A stretch of 53,787 nt of DNA, counting the filler, from Sluysia triapertura (Eukaryota), in the NCBI GenBank assembly GCA_046118255.1. It is 3 parts of 3 records of this genome, joined end to end, with 100 filler letters (N's around TTAATTAATTAA, not from the genome) between each part and the next. Parts side by side here need not be neighbours in the genome. Positions count along the whole stretch, not along the records: positions 20,114 to 35,198 come from JBJNIA010239883.1; positions 35,299 to 53,787 come from JBJNIA010140836.1; 1 more part is not named here. One strand, written 5' to 3'. The first letter of the stretch is position 1. Every line of letters begins with the position of its first letter. Position numbers and translations under genes: made by a program. A model generated the notes under the pieces. That model was not told the DNA's origin. It was given only the letters and a program-made list of their open reading frames with translations, and ran no database searches. Positions 25,594-38,586 of this stretch are shown in pieces.

Positions 25594-27642
25594 TGTGGTG
25601 GCCAACCTTAGTACTTAAAATTTTAATTTAATTCAGCATAATAAAAATTACATTCTTGTAATATTCCACCTTTTATTTCTTCAAAAATCATTAAAAATGT
25701 AAATATATCAAAACATTTTAAGTTCACAATTTGATAACATTAAAATCCTTCATAACATCGAAAATCATTAAATTTACATTTTAAATATATTTCAAAACAA
25801 TAATAATAATCTAAATGGAATTTCTTTTACAATCTCTTTTTATAATTTTTATTCTTTATATTTTTATGATCATATGCATACCTCAACAACCTCAAGTTTC
25901 ATTATTTTAGCATTGCGCAACAATTAAAAGATTTATAAAGTATTTGAGGAATTAGAAGAATTAGAAATTGCAAGAAGCATACTTGCTCAACAGGATCCAA
26001 GTAATAAATAATTAAAGAACATATAGAACAAATTTTCAAGACAATAAATATTTATAAAAGTCACATAAACAAACATAGTAAGAAAAAGAACATGTTCAGA
26101 AAGAATTTCTTTTCAAGAAAAAGAAGTTATAAGAGTTTTATGTTACTTTCATGTATTTTTATTTAATTATTTTTAGTATTTTATATTATTTTATCATATT
26201 ATTATTATTATCATTATTATTATTATTAATTATTATGATTATTAACTATTCACATTATTATTACAATCATTGTTGGCCAGTTAATTATATTAGCTGTCAA
26301 TTTGGACAGCAGTTCAATTGTTTAATTTTATACAATTAAATTGGTTATACAACTGTCATTGGTTGACAGTTTCATTATTAAAAAGATATATGATACACAG
26401 CAGCAGATGAATCTCTTTTATTGGCCATCCAATTGTATTCATTTTTATCATCATTTTTAATTAGTCGCATCATTAGTTTAACTACAATTAATACTTAGTT
26501 AATTTTATGAGTTAAAAAATAAAACTCTGCCGTAACTGTTTGATTTTAAAGACTTTGGAGGCAAAATATTGGAACTTTCAGCTTATATTATTATTCTTTA
26601 TTAAAACAAACAAGTCTTAAATGGGTAATCATGATTTTAAAACAGAACTGGAACTTTTAATTAAACCAGTCAAAACTTTATTCAATATGAAAGGATTGAA
26701 TTAGTTATTGATACTCGTGTATACGATCGTAAAAAAGAAAGAAATATTTCATCATTTAGATTTATATAAAGACAGTATGATTAATGTATCAGGATAGAAG
26801 TATTATGTGAAATGAAACTTTGTCAGTACAATAGACATTTATTCTACTCATTTAATGAATATTAATTATGAATAAAAGACTTGATAAAAACGCAATGTGA
26901 AAGAATTTAAAATGAGTGACATCAAAAATAAAGAATGTGTTAAAGAAGTAAATGCTATGATCGAACATATTGATGTATCATCCAACACAATATCAAATAA
27001 ATATCTGAAATGCGATTTTGATCAAGATCATTACAAAACCGCACTATGTTTGTTTGGTACAATTAATTTAGATATATGCCTCAAATATGGCCGTATATGT
27101 CCGTATGCTTACAACGTACCAGAACTATTTTATCATTCATTCAATAACGCTAACTCTAACATCAACTTGGATCGCATTAACAAGCTATTTGCTTCATTAG
27201 AAATTAATTCAATCAATTCAAATCCTCAAATTAATAACGACATGATTCGTGGTAATCCTAGTAGACATTCAACTATGCTAATGACGATTCTAAATTAGAA
27301 GTAAATTTTGCTTTTATTGAATTTTTAGTTCATAATGTTTCTGTATTCTTACTAAGATTATACAAATTTATGCAACTTGTAGTATATCAAAATATAAGAA
27401 TACAAACATCTTTATTCAATTTATATCATAATTAATAGATGTTTAGAATCTTTGGTATTTTCCATTTCGAAAGAATTGTAATAAATGAAAACTTTGGTCA
27501 TTATTTTGTAAATTTTTACATATTACAATTAATAAAAAGAAATAATAGAGTTTTAACTTGCATTTTAATAAAAACTAATAAAATTATTTATAATTTAATT
27601 GCATTCAATATATTAACATTTCATAATTCTCCAAACACTTCA
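25594..27642 (+). mobile_element. Family A copy 2
   Basis: Starts TGTGGTGGCCAACC after CACTT and ends ...CCAAACACTTCA, with CACTT at 27641-27645 overlapping the terminal CA. Shares the 5' arm, palindromes and zinc-finger ORF. Confidence 0.75.
26560..27298 (+). pseudogene. Decayed cargo ORF: unknown N-terminal domain plus CCCH-type finger (H>Y)
   Basis: HYKTALC-x9-C-LKYGRI-C-PYA-Y-NVPEL (27032-27112), followed by RINKLFASL, which parallels RINYLLADL in copy 1. The upstream part is broken by stops. Confidence 0.7.
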
Positions 27643-27899
27643 CTTATTTCTCGAATTTTTTCCAATATCTGTCTCACTGACCATGCAGACATATTCCGGA
27701 TTGCAGTAAAACACAAGGCCAATGGAATGTAACGGAAACTGTCTCTTACAAGAACTTGATTTCTTATAGGCTCTGATCTTTACTTTCTGACTCTAAATGT
27801 ATAATTTCATTCATATTTCATTTAGAACTATGCCTGTAAATTTCCGATAAGAGTCCATTCTGTTTATACATTACGTTCTATGGATCCGATCGGGTTGTA

Positions 27900-28990
27900 A
27901 AAGTGTTCACTCCGAAACCAAACCTACATGTAAGGTTCAGATAAATAAAACATCCGTCTGACTGTAAGTAGAATTTGGCATACAACATAAGCTTAATACA
28001 GAGAAGGTAAAATATGTGCCGGTGTTTCCTCAAAAAAGAAAAATAAATACAAAAGAAAACGAAAAGATTATTCTGACAATTTAGCTCAAATAAAGTCGTT
28101 GAGGAACGATTCGCAGTCTTTCTGTCGTAATTAATATTCAAAATCAACTTTTTTGATACATTTAAACAGCGAAACTATTTAAAGCGAATATCTTCTACAG
28201 TTAAACCTACTTTAACAGATAAAATAAATGGGAAAGTTTACAGTTTTGCTTGTCAATGGTAAATTTTACCAGTAACGGAGATTTTCTTTTTGATCATTTA
28301 TGACTACGTTCATATTGACGAAAAATGGTTTTTTCTTAGTAAAATTAAATGCTCTTATTACCTAATGTTAAACGAAGAAACTGAAAAAGCAAAAGATTTA
28401 TTACTAAAGTAATGTATCATGGTTCGACCACGCTATGATATACATTGAAAGCATTATTTTGACGGTAAAATTTGAATATGCCCTCGCACATCAAGAACAG
28501 GATCAAAGAAATTCTAAGATCAAACCTAAAGAAACAAAATAACGAAAATGTGGAATATATTACAGGTGTACATCGTAAAATGATTATAGAAAATGTTATT
28601 CCAGCAATTAAATCAAAATTTCCGAAAACCTATAAAAATAAAACGATTTACGATTTTTCTGAAGAATATGAAGATATTGTTAATGTAGGTTCTGCTGATG
28701 GTTGGAATATTAGATTTAAGTCACGACGACCAAAGAGTCCTGATTTAAATGTACTTGGATTTGGGGTTTTTTTACTCAATATAATCGTCGCAACATAAGT
28801 GATTTTATTCAAAACCATTTAATAAATTAGAAGGAAATACTCTTTATAACGTTTTTACCACATTACAAATATGTATGGAACGAATTATGCTAACGGGTAG
28901 AGAAAATTCTTATTTAAAATTCCTCATAAATAAGGCAAATATTAGCTGAAAAATATTTATGTTCCGAAGAGACGTACGATAGGGCCAAAT
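27900..28990 (+). mobile_element. DD39D-type Tc1/mariner transposase remnant
   Basis: YVHIDEKWFF (~28305-28334), KRFITKVM, RPRYD, FDGKI, MIIENVIPAIKSKFP, GWNIRF...PKSPDLNVLGFG and NVFTTLQICM; frameshifted. Confidence 0.85.
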
Positions 28991-29559
28991 CTTATTTTAA
29001 TTAAATTTGTGTTACAAAATTATTTATATTTAATTATATTTTGTTTAAAAAAAGTATAATTTTTATATAATCTATAAAATATAAAAAATACAATTTTTAT
29101 GTTAACTTTTAATTTAATTTTATGTTTTTACAAATGTGTTTCCGAACAGAGTGTTAAATTTTTAATTTTTGCGATTTCTTCCGAAATAATTTTTAGTTTC
29201 TTCAATTATATAACTAAATTTTAAACGATAGTTTAATATAGTCTTTTTGTTAATTTCATTAATACTTTGTAAGAGCTTTTCCAAATCTCTTATTGATGAT
29301 TTCTTCAGAAATTGCATTTAATCGAATCTATATAAAATAACTTAGATTCAGCTTTCCTAATTCGATTATAACATCCTGCATTACAATAATCAAACAACAG
29401 TTCATAAAATACTAGAGATAAAACATTTCTGATGCTTTATTTATTACAAAAATTAAAATTCTTTAACAAATACCGTCCAATGCTAAAATATTTTATATTA
29501 TGTATATTAGACGAAATTGGATTATTAAAACAAATCTCTTTATTAAAATAATAATAATA

Positions 29560-29820
29560 ATAATAAATTAATTTTTTTATCATGAAAATAGTATTGTGAA
29601 AAGAATGTTAAACATTAGAACTAAAAATAATTAAAATATATTTAATATTAATGTTTAATGTTAGTTAAAATGTTTGGGGTTCATTGATAAAAATGTGTAA
29701 ATGTAAGAGTAGAGATAATTGAATATGAATTCAAAGTTTTTGTACATGTTCAAAAAATTGTATTCGTGTGTTCGAAGTGATGCATGTGTGAAATGATGAT
29801 TAGGGTCTTGAATTATCACA
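29560..29820 (-). mobile_element. LTR-like 5' arm in reverse orientation (family B-like)
   Basis: Minus strand begins TGTGATAATTCAAGACCCTAA at 29820, followed by a G-poor arm. A similar start TGCGATAATC with a G-poor arm lies at 31271 (+). Confidence 0.4.
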
Positions 29821-31101
29821 CTGAATTTTAAGAGTTAGTATATTAACGACGTTTTTTTAAGGCATCATGTTAAAGAGAAATCATATTCGCATAAGCGTGA
29901 ATAATTTCTGATAATAGTTTAGTCAATCCTGAAAATAATCTGCGATGAGCCAACACCATCGTATTTTCATATCATATTTTAATTTTCATAAATTTCCATC
30001 AAAATGACTTAAACCATTGTTATTACCATCATAATTATTATAATTATAGTTACATTATTACATTACTATATTTGTTTTACCACATAACGATATCTAGTGA
30101 CCTCAAGGTCATTTTTACTTTTATCGTTGTATGTTTACAAAAAATTTTACAATGGCTTTTGACGAGAAAAGTTTAGTAAGATTCAATTGAAAATCTGCGA
30201 TATTAATTTGATAAACGAAGAAATGTTTCCGAAATGCCGTAAATAGAAATTACTATGAATATCTGCAAATGTAAATGTAAAGAAAAGCAATTGTAACTGT
30301 AAAATGTATGGAGCATTTTAATATTAAAATGCTTTTCAATATTAAAAGTTTTCAATATTAAAAACGCACGATTTTTATTAATACCTTTCACGAAATATAT
30401 AATTATATTAAATTTTTTACAGATACTAAAAGTTCATAAACGAAAACCGAACTAATTTTAAAATTCATTACTAAAAAAGTTTATATTGATGTAGTATGTC
30501 ATCTTTTTAATATTAAAATTTAAAAAGCAGTAGTAGGGATGAAAGATGAAATACGCAATTGTTCTTAGAGCATTGACTAATTTACTGAATATAAATATTG
30601 TCAATCTATTAGTCATTCGAGAAAGTTTATGTTAGAACAAAATGATATAGAAAAATATTCAAAATTTATCATTTGCTTCTTTGTTGAGTCAATGTTGTGA
30701 GCAAGACATTAGGGTGGGGATTTTGATTTTCACGTAACTCTATTTATAAATACACGCATTACTTACTTTGAACAATTTGAACTTTTAAGTGTTTCTAATA
30801 GTATTTTTACATGTATTTTTGTTTTTATTTAAGGAGCATAAGTAAGGGGATAAATTTGTTAAAGGCACCGATATTTTAAATCTTCTAAATTGCAATTTAA
30901 ATAGGCATTTTGCAATTTAAAATTTAATATAAAAGGACGGTGTTTTACATCTCTTCTGAATAGTTAACAACTAATCAAGTTTCTCAATTAATAAGTATTT
31001 GTTTAATAAACAATTTATATTTTTGTTTTTTACTTAAAAAATTTTACTTAAAATTCAACAAATCCATAGTTTGGGTCGGCCTTAAGTCGCATAAATGTGA
31101 A

Positions 31102-31167
<66 letters not shown>

Positions 31168-33599
31168 AAGGTTCTAAATTCGATCTCACTTTAAATTTAT
31201 ATATCATAAGGTAAATATTTCTAATTAAAGTTATTAACTTACTGTTAATCTATTTCTTAAGCGTCTCAAGTGCGATAATCATTATTTAACCAATTATTAC
31301 ATGTTAATAACACTAAACTTAATAATCAACTCCTTACTCAAAATGTTATTAAAATTAATCACTTAACAAAACATCTCAGCAAATAAAACATTAAACTTAA
31401 TCCTCAATCTACCAAATATTAACATCTCAAACCTAAAAATTACATCACATTTGTAATACAATGTAATAAACTTAATTATGGCAATCAAATTTAAAAAACG
31501 TTCAAAGCAAGAATAGTAATACTATATTTCGCATTTAACACAAAAATAACTCGTTTACAAGTATATTCGAAACAGAAAAAGGTAAAATCGTGTAAACGAA
31601 TGAAGTCGACTTTAACAAAAGTAAAGCATTAAGTCACATAAAGTAATAACATTGTTTGAAAAATAAGTAGAAACAAACCATATATGAACGAAAAATTGTA
31701 AATACGAAGAATCATTACTCATGACAAAATATTAGCCAAAGAAACATCAGGTAACCAATTTCAGAAGAAAGAAATAATTAAGAAAAATTCAACATACCGT
31801 TAGAACAATGTAAAATGTTAAAGGAATCACTCATCTTAAGTAAATATTAATAAGAAATGATCTAAAATATGTTATACGCAAAATGTTTATAAAAAGAAAC
31901 AGAGACCTATCTCAAGATGGTGAATGTATATGGAATTGAATAAAATTTAAGAACATCAATAACTTTAATTCGTACCACAAATAGATCATTATTTGACTTT
32001 AAAAAGCATATAGTGATTTTTTTAGAAATATCATACATTAGTTTTAACAGCATCTGTTTTGGAGTACCTACATGTCAAAAAGTTATGTTTATCTATTAAA
32101 CATACTTGCATGAAAATACAGAAGAACCAAGAAGAAAAAGTTCAAATGAAGCATTCAAAGAATTATCGCCAATTATATCACAAATTATACAATTATTTAA
32201 CGTAATAAATATTGATTACAGGTAAGAAAAAGACACTTAAAATAATAGTGTTAAGACTTGGTGTTTAAACATGGTTTTAATTATGCTGGTAGAATTCATG
32301 TTTACATTAGAATTTAATTATGTTTAATTAATTCATTGGTTGGAAACAAAATGGCCGTCGATATCGTGCTTCTAATACAGTATGTATGCATGAAGAATGT
32401 TTTAAATCAAGCACATTACTTCCAATGAGAAAACAGACAAGCTAAACACGTAGTAAAAACTAGAATTAGAAAACCAAGTTGTGTAGCCAATCAAATCCCC
32501 AATGATAAATACGAATTAAAATTATACAAATAAACTTAGATACACATTATGGTAATCAAAAAATTGGATTCACATTAATTCTTAATCAAAATTAAACATT
32601 TCTCGGTAACCGAATCCAGAGTCTTATTTTTGGGCGTTTATGATAAAGCATTCCATGAATTCAGTATCGACATATTAAAGAAATTCAAAGTGTTAATCAA
32701 ATACATCGTAAAGATGATGTTTACACTACATATGTATTGTACAAAGTGTGTGTTAAATCTACCTAATAAATAAATAAGCTAAAGAATCGAATTTTATTTT
32801 GACATAATAAATAGTTACGATAAAGGGTACTCTAAAATTATGTTGATTTCGATAAATCAAGGCAGAAGTCAATTGAAAACTACCATAAATATAATGTTGA
32901 TACCAATGAAGTTATCGCAAAATGTAATGAAATATACATCAAAGTCAAATTTTTCTTGACAAAATATGCGGTAGCCATTATGAAATGTACTGTAAAACTG
33001 CTTGTTAACCGACATACCTTTTGAGGAAGCAAGTTCTCTATACCAATACGTTGAAAGCGGTTCACCATGAAAGAAGAACATCACTCATACTGATTTGGCG
33101 AGTTCTCATTCCACAACTAACTTTTATTCCAATGAAACTACACATGCACCAACATCAATATAATTTTCTCGAACTAAGTGCAAGTATTGAATTTTTATTT
33201 CTCTCAATTTGTTGTCAAATTGTTATGTCCATATTCTTTTAGTTTTAATATGGTAGTTCACCCCCATAAATATCACGTATTAAAGCGTCCTAATTTGATA
33301 AATCATATCTGTTTTAAGTTAAATTTTGTCGAAATTTTTGAAGATCCTAAAAATATTTTTTCAAGACTTAACGATAATTTTAAGATGTTAAACGAAATCA
33401 TAGAGAGGGATTTAATAAATATTTATTAAATATTTATTAAATTTAACAGGTTAAACTAACACTTGGTCATCAACATTCTCGTAAAGATTTTACTCAAACT
33501 TCAATCGAATCCTACAATGTTGTACCAAATAAATATAATGGTATTCATGAACCAAAAGGTAAGCAGAAAAACATGAATTATCTCAATGAAGCATCTTTT

Positions 33600-34738
33600 G
33601 AAACCTACATACTCTCGCTCCAACGCAGTTACCTGTTTCAACAAAAATAACAACTGCTCAACTGTATGTAGAATATGCTCTAACTCAACAAATTAGCCAA
33701 ATAAACATCATTTTATCATTTCATCATATAAATGATCTTCATTTATGGCTGTTTTCCTAAATTTGTGTCTCATAAACGTGTCTAATTCTTGCCACATTTT
33801 AAATGACTTATTACAATCGTTATTCCACTTTAATATTTTGTTGTAGAGTGAAATAGCCATATGATATAGAAGAATACCGTTTGATTTTGGTACACCTCTT
33901 GAAAATACTTAATAGTTAGTGGTAATGTAGACATCGTGCTAGTTAAATTTTCTAAATTATTTGGTAAACAATGTAAATTATCTCTAAATTATAATTTAAT
34001 AAAATAATAATTTTATAATTTAATAAATTTCTGAACTTTCTGGTATACAAGATATTTCTAAATTTATTATTTTACCCGTTGCATATTTTAATATATACTA
34101 TCATATCCATGTAAATTATGAAATAATACAAGTAGGACGAATTTTCTAATTAAATAACATTTATTACAAGATGCATCTAAAAACTTATCACTAAAATGGT
34201 CATAATCTTTAACAAGTTTAGTTGCTGGTTTTTACACAAATACATTATTTTGCATTATTAAACAGAAATTTTTCTTTAAATTTTGGTAATAACTCAGCTT
34301 AACTATACTTCAATTTTTAAAAAATGTAGTATTCGTTTATGGGCTTACTAATAATAAACGTGCAGTTAAAGGTTCATGATTTTGTTGATACTTTTCGTCT
34401 GATATTAATGCAGATTCAAAATCTGCGTAAATAACAAATGGTGGTGATTATTATCAATTAGCATAGTATATAAAGTATCTCCTTCAAGATTTTACTGCAT
34501 AAAATGAGATCTTAAACACTTTGTGCACCACTTAAACCTCATTCTTAAAAAGTTATTCATGTCTGCAATAAGAAATGTATTTAAGTCCTTTATTGTTACA
34601 TAGTTGAAAGTATTTTTGTCTCATTTCCTTCTGATAGTTATCAGGGACTTCATCAATTGTACTAATTATTGTAGAACAAATTCTACAATGCGTCTAGATG
34701 ATCTAGATGGTCAAATAGTTACTATGAATTTGTGATAC
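33600..34738 (-). mobile_element. Polinton/Maverick protein-primed DNA polymerase B remnant
   Basis: KWCTKCLRSHF, PPFVIYADFES (34412-34444), DYDHFSDKFLDASCNKC (Endo VII-like insert), VLFHNLHGYD (34100-34129) and DNLHCLPNNLENL; many stops. Confidence 0.85.
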
Positions 34739-35198
34739 CTAAAAATAAATATTAAAATTATTAAAAAATACTTATAATTAATGGGATTTTGCGGTTGTTA
34801 AACGAGTATTGTTTCTGCGTCAATGGTGATTTCTAGTGGGAAACATTTTCTTTTTCGGACTCAAATTCTCCGAATAATTTGTCGATCCTATAGTTTCTTC
34901 GCGTCTGCTTCAACGCGGGAACTTGCTACTTATTTTAACAGTGGATAAAATTGATTTGATTTATAATAATTTACAAAAAGAAAAAATGATTTTCTAAATG
35001 CACTAATTTATACTATTTTTTAATGGAATTTATCCAATTATAAATGAAACCGAATAATTTTTAATTTTTAAATTACAGGTTTTTAATTCCAAGCACAACT
35101 TTATCATTAACAAAAATATTGACATACAATGGATTGCACTTCAAATGACGCAAATTAGATACGGAATTAGTACATTATGAAAGATGAAATGTACTTTT

Positions 35199-35298
35199 NN
35201 NNNNNNNNNNNNNNNNNNNNNNNNNNNNNNNNNNNNNNNNNNTTAATTAATTAANNNNNNNNNNNNNNNNNNNNNNNNNNNNNNNNNNNNNNNNNNNN
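35199..35298. other. Assembly gap with synthetic linker
   Basis: 44 N + TTAATTAATTAA + 44 N. Confidence 0.95.
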
Positions 35299-35444
35299 AA
35301 TTAATTATTTCAAATTATTATTTAATTATTATTTATAAAATTTTACTTAAATTTATTAATTTTATTTAATAATTTATTTTTATAATAATAATATTGATTT
35401 TAGAGATAAAATAAAACACAAAAAACATAAAATTATTTTTTACA

Positions 35445-35980
35445 ATAATATAAGAATTGACAATAATGATAATTTCAATATTATTATATAATTATGACAA
35501 CAATATTGCCACCAATAACCACAATGATAACTTTAATAACAATAATGCCATAACAATCATCATAAAGATAAAATTGATAATAATAATAATGACAATTTTA
35601 ATAATAATATTATATAATCATGATAATATTGATATTAATAACAATAATCATCATTATGATAAAAATGGTAATACTAATGATAATATTATAACAATTAGAA
35701 AACGATAGTAATATTAATAACATAATAATCACAATAATATCATTACTAATGATAATAAAGATGATAATTAATAATATTAATAATAACAATAATGATGATA
35801 ATATTAACAATGATAATATTAATAATAATGATAATTTTAGCAAAAATAATGATAACCTTGTAATTGCAATAATAATAGTGACATCAATATAATGATAATA
35901 GTGTAATATTAATGATAATAATAGTAATAATATTATAATAAATAAGATAATACCATTGGTATCAATGACAATAATAATTT
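35445..35980. repeat. Degenerate (AAT)n-derived low-complexity tract
   Basis: AAT/GAT/AAC triplets throughout. Confidence 0.85.
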
Positions 35981-36936
35981 ATAGTGACTATTGGGTTTGA
36001 TAAGTGTTGAACACCTCTTTATCCTTCACTAATCCCAACAGAAAATGTTAATAAATTAGTAATGAAATGCCAATTAAGTAGAAATGTTGTTAAAATGATC
36101 TAATGATAAGTTTTATGGTTTTGTACTGGATGTATCAAAATAATATAAAATGATATTAATATATCGGATTGAATAAGAGGAGTATAATAAAAGTTTAAAA
36201 CATGTAATACGTTTTGTTTATGGGATTTCTGCTGTTTTTACATAAAATGGTGTAAGTTTGATTTTGAACCACCACGTGATACTCTTCCGAGACGCAGAAC
36301 ACATAAAATAAATGTAATAAATCCTTTAAAAATTCATTTTATCTGTGAATATTCCATTTTTGTTCAGTATTATTGTCGGTAGACCAAAGGAGATTAATAT
36401 GGTATTTTATTGATTCGTTTTGGTGATTGACCAGCACTGTTCCTTGTTTTTCCCATCGATATTTAGAGTGGCGGTATTGTTACGGTTTTACATTTTTAAA
36501 TTAACGAGAATTATAAGGCAAAATTAAATGAGTCTAAATCTCAATATATTCTAACTGTATCACAAAGTGTATCACGACATAAATCAGATAATAGTTTGCT
36601 CAATATAAATAAGTCTTTATGACAATTAATTATAATTTATTATAAACAAATTTCCAAATAATTAAATAAAATATAAATCAATTATAATACTCAATCCTAG
36701 AGGTTACGCAATATGTATAAATGTGCAGTGTAAAGAAAATCAAATAAGGAATTATAATCAAAATGAATTATTTTTCATTAATGTAGAATAAAAATTGCCA
36801 ATGATGATGAATATTAATATAAAATATTCATATAAGAAACATTCAATTAATTTAATTTTTTCATTCTGTTTTTGTTTTAATTACTTTTTTAGTCAAAAAA
36901 TGTTAAGTAAAAAACATTGAAGTCACAAGATTTAAA

Positions 36937-37466
36937 ATGTTTTTAAACAGTAAAACTACAATTTTATTAGCGTGGGGCATTTCTGCTGCAATTGGATATT
37001 GTATTTACTTTGACTATAAAAGAAGACGTGACCCAAATTTTAAAAGAAAACTTATAGAAAGTAATTTAGTTTTATTAGTTAATGATTTTCATAGAACGAC
37101 ATAAAAGACTTCAACAAACTAATATTGTTTTACCACCTTTACCAGATTTGACGAAAGTAGATACTAATCAGTATTTTCTTGAACAAATTCAATACGGAGA
37201 GCATTTTTTAAGTTGTGGTAAAATAGATGAAGGTGTGGAAAGGCTCGCATTAGCATTATGTGTTTGCAAAAATTCTGAAAATTTAATGAAAGTTATTCAA
37301 AAAACGATATTACCTGCTTATTATGACAAATTATTAAAAGTATATCCAATTGTGAAAAAAGTTTGTTTTTAAAATTAATTTTTATATATTCTATTAGCAA
37401 TTCCAGGAGCATGTTCAAAAAATTGAAAAACAATCTCTTATTATAACAGAGGAGCCACTTGAATAA
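36937..37466 (+). CDS. TOMM20: Mitochondrial import receptor Tom20, 3 exons (36937-37060, 37095-37360, 37398-37466), 152 aa
   Basis: AAIGYCIYFDYKRRRDPNFKRKL signature, YFLEQIQYGE...EGVERLALAL and acidic end EEPLE*. GT-AG introns of 34 and 37 nt with matching phases. Confidence 0.96.
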
Positions 37467-38284
37467 GTCAAATTGTATTTTGTGCCCTTGCTCAATTGAT
37501 GTAATAAATATGTAGGATTCTTGTATTTTTTCTAACAGATTAAGTATGGTGAGTGTATAATATAAGAATGCTTTGAGATTAAAGTATTATATGTGATAGC
37601 TTGCTGCAATTGTAGCTCCTGATGTCAAAATAAATATTTGAGAGTAAGCATAACATTAATGATGCTATTTGTAGAGTTGTTGAGATTTGATTTTTATAAA
37701 TTGTTTTATAGTTATTTAAAAAATCATGTTAATCTTAAAATTGAAAAAATAACACCCGAAATGTTGAAAATATGAAAGAAATACTTCAAAAAATGTTGTA
37801 ATCATAAAGGAAAATAGAATACGAATGTATGGTAGAACATGGTACATTTCAATATCAAAAAGGAAAATTTTCGGAAATAGTAACAAATAATCATGTAGTC
37901 TTAGCAAAATATAAATGAGATAGAAACACAAATTAATACAAATAAGTTAGATGCAAGTTAATAAATTATGCAGTTGATATAATGTAGAAAAAGTTGGTAA
38001 TGTAATCACAAAATTAAAGTTATGTATACAAACTTAACTGCAGAGTAAGTTTTGTGATAATGGAATTAATTATAATGAATTTCATTTACTGACATTTAAC
38101 TAAATTGCAAGCTGTTGATGTTTAGGCTATTAACTAACGAATTGTGTTTACAAGACATTAATTTTGACTATTTTCTAATAAATTATATTTATATGCTTAA
38201 TTTATTTACATGAGGGATTCATTAATTTTTGACTAAGATTTTACAATTAAATTACTGAGAAAAATTTTCTAATATGATGTAAAT

Positions 38285-38586
38285 CAGTGGTGTCAAACCA
38301 CTTTGACACCACTGTATTAAGGTAATAAAATAAATTAATGTACTAAGATGCAATATATATACTATGTATATACACTATATAATATATTGTATTATATAGT
38401 ATAGAAGTACTTGACCGCCTGTAGTACTTTTATTTTTAGATGTTAATAAATGAATTAAAAATTTAATTAATCCAGCTTGATCATCGTCAAAATAACGGAT
38501 GAATATTCGTGTACCTATCCTGGTATTGTTTGTAAATACACGGGCCGCATGATTTGCCTCCGCGGGCCGCCACTTTGACACCACTG
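38285..38586. mobile_element. hAT (Charlie-like) MITE
   Basis: TIR CAGTGGTGTCAAA / TTTGACACCACTG with subterminal GCGGGCCGC motifs. An extra right TIR at 38302-38314. No perfect 8-bp TSD. Confidence 0.75.

Noticed and set aside
26351-26371. Helitron 3' hairpin interpretation of the family A palindromes
   Set aside because: They are internal, lack a downstream CTRR end, and copy 1 has TG...CA ends with a TSD, which Helitrons do not make.
27439-27732. 97-aa plus-strand ORF
   Set aside because: Crosses the right boundary of family A copy 2 and has no motifs; a chance ORF.
35457-35843. ORFs 35457..35708 and 35610..35843 (also 26151..26339)
   Set aside because: Translations of AAT/TTA low-complexity sequence.
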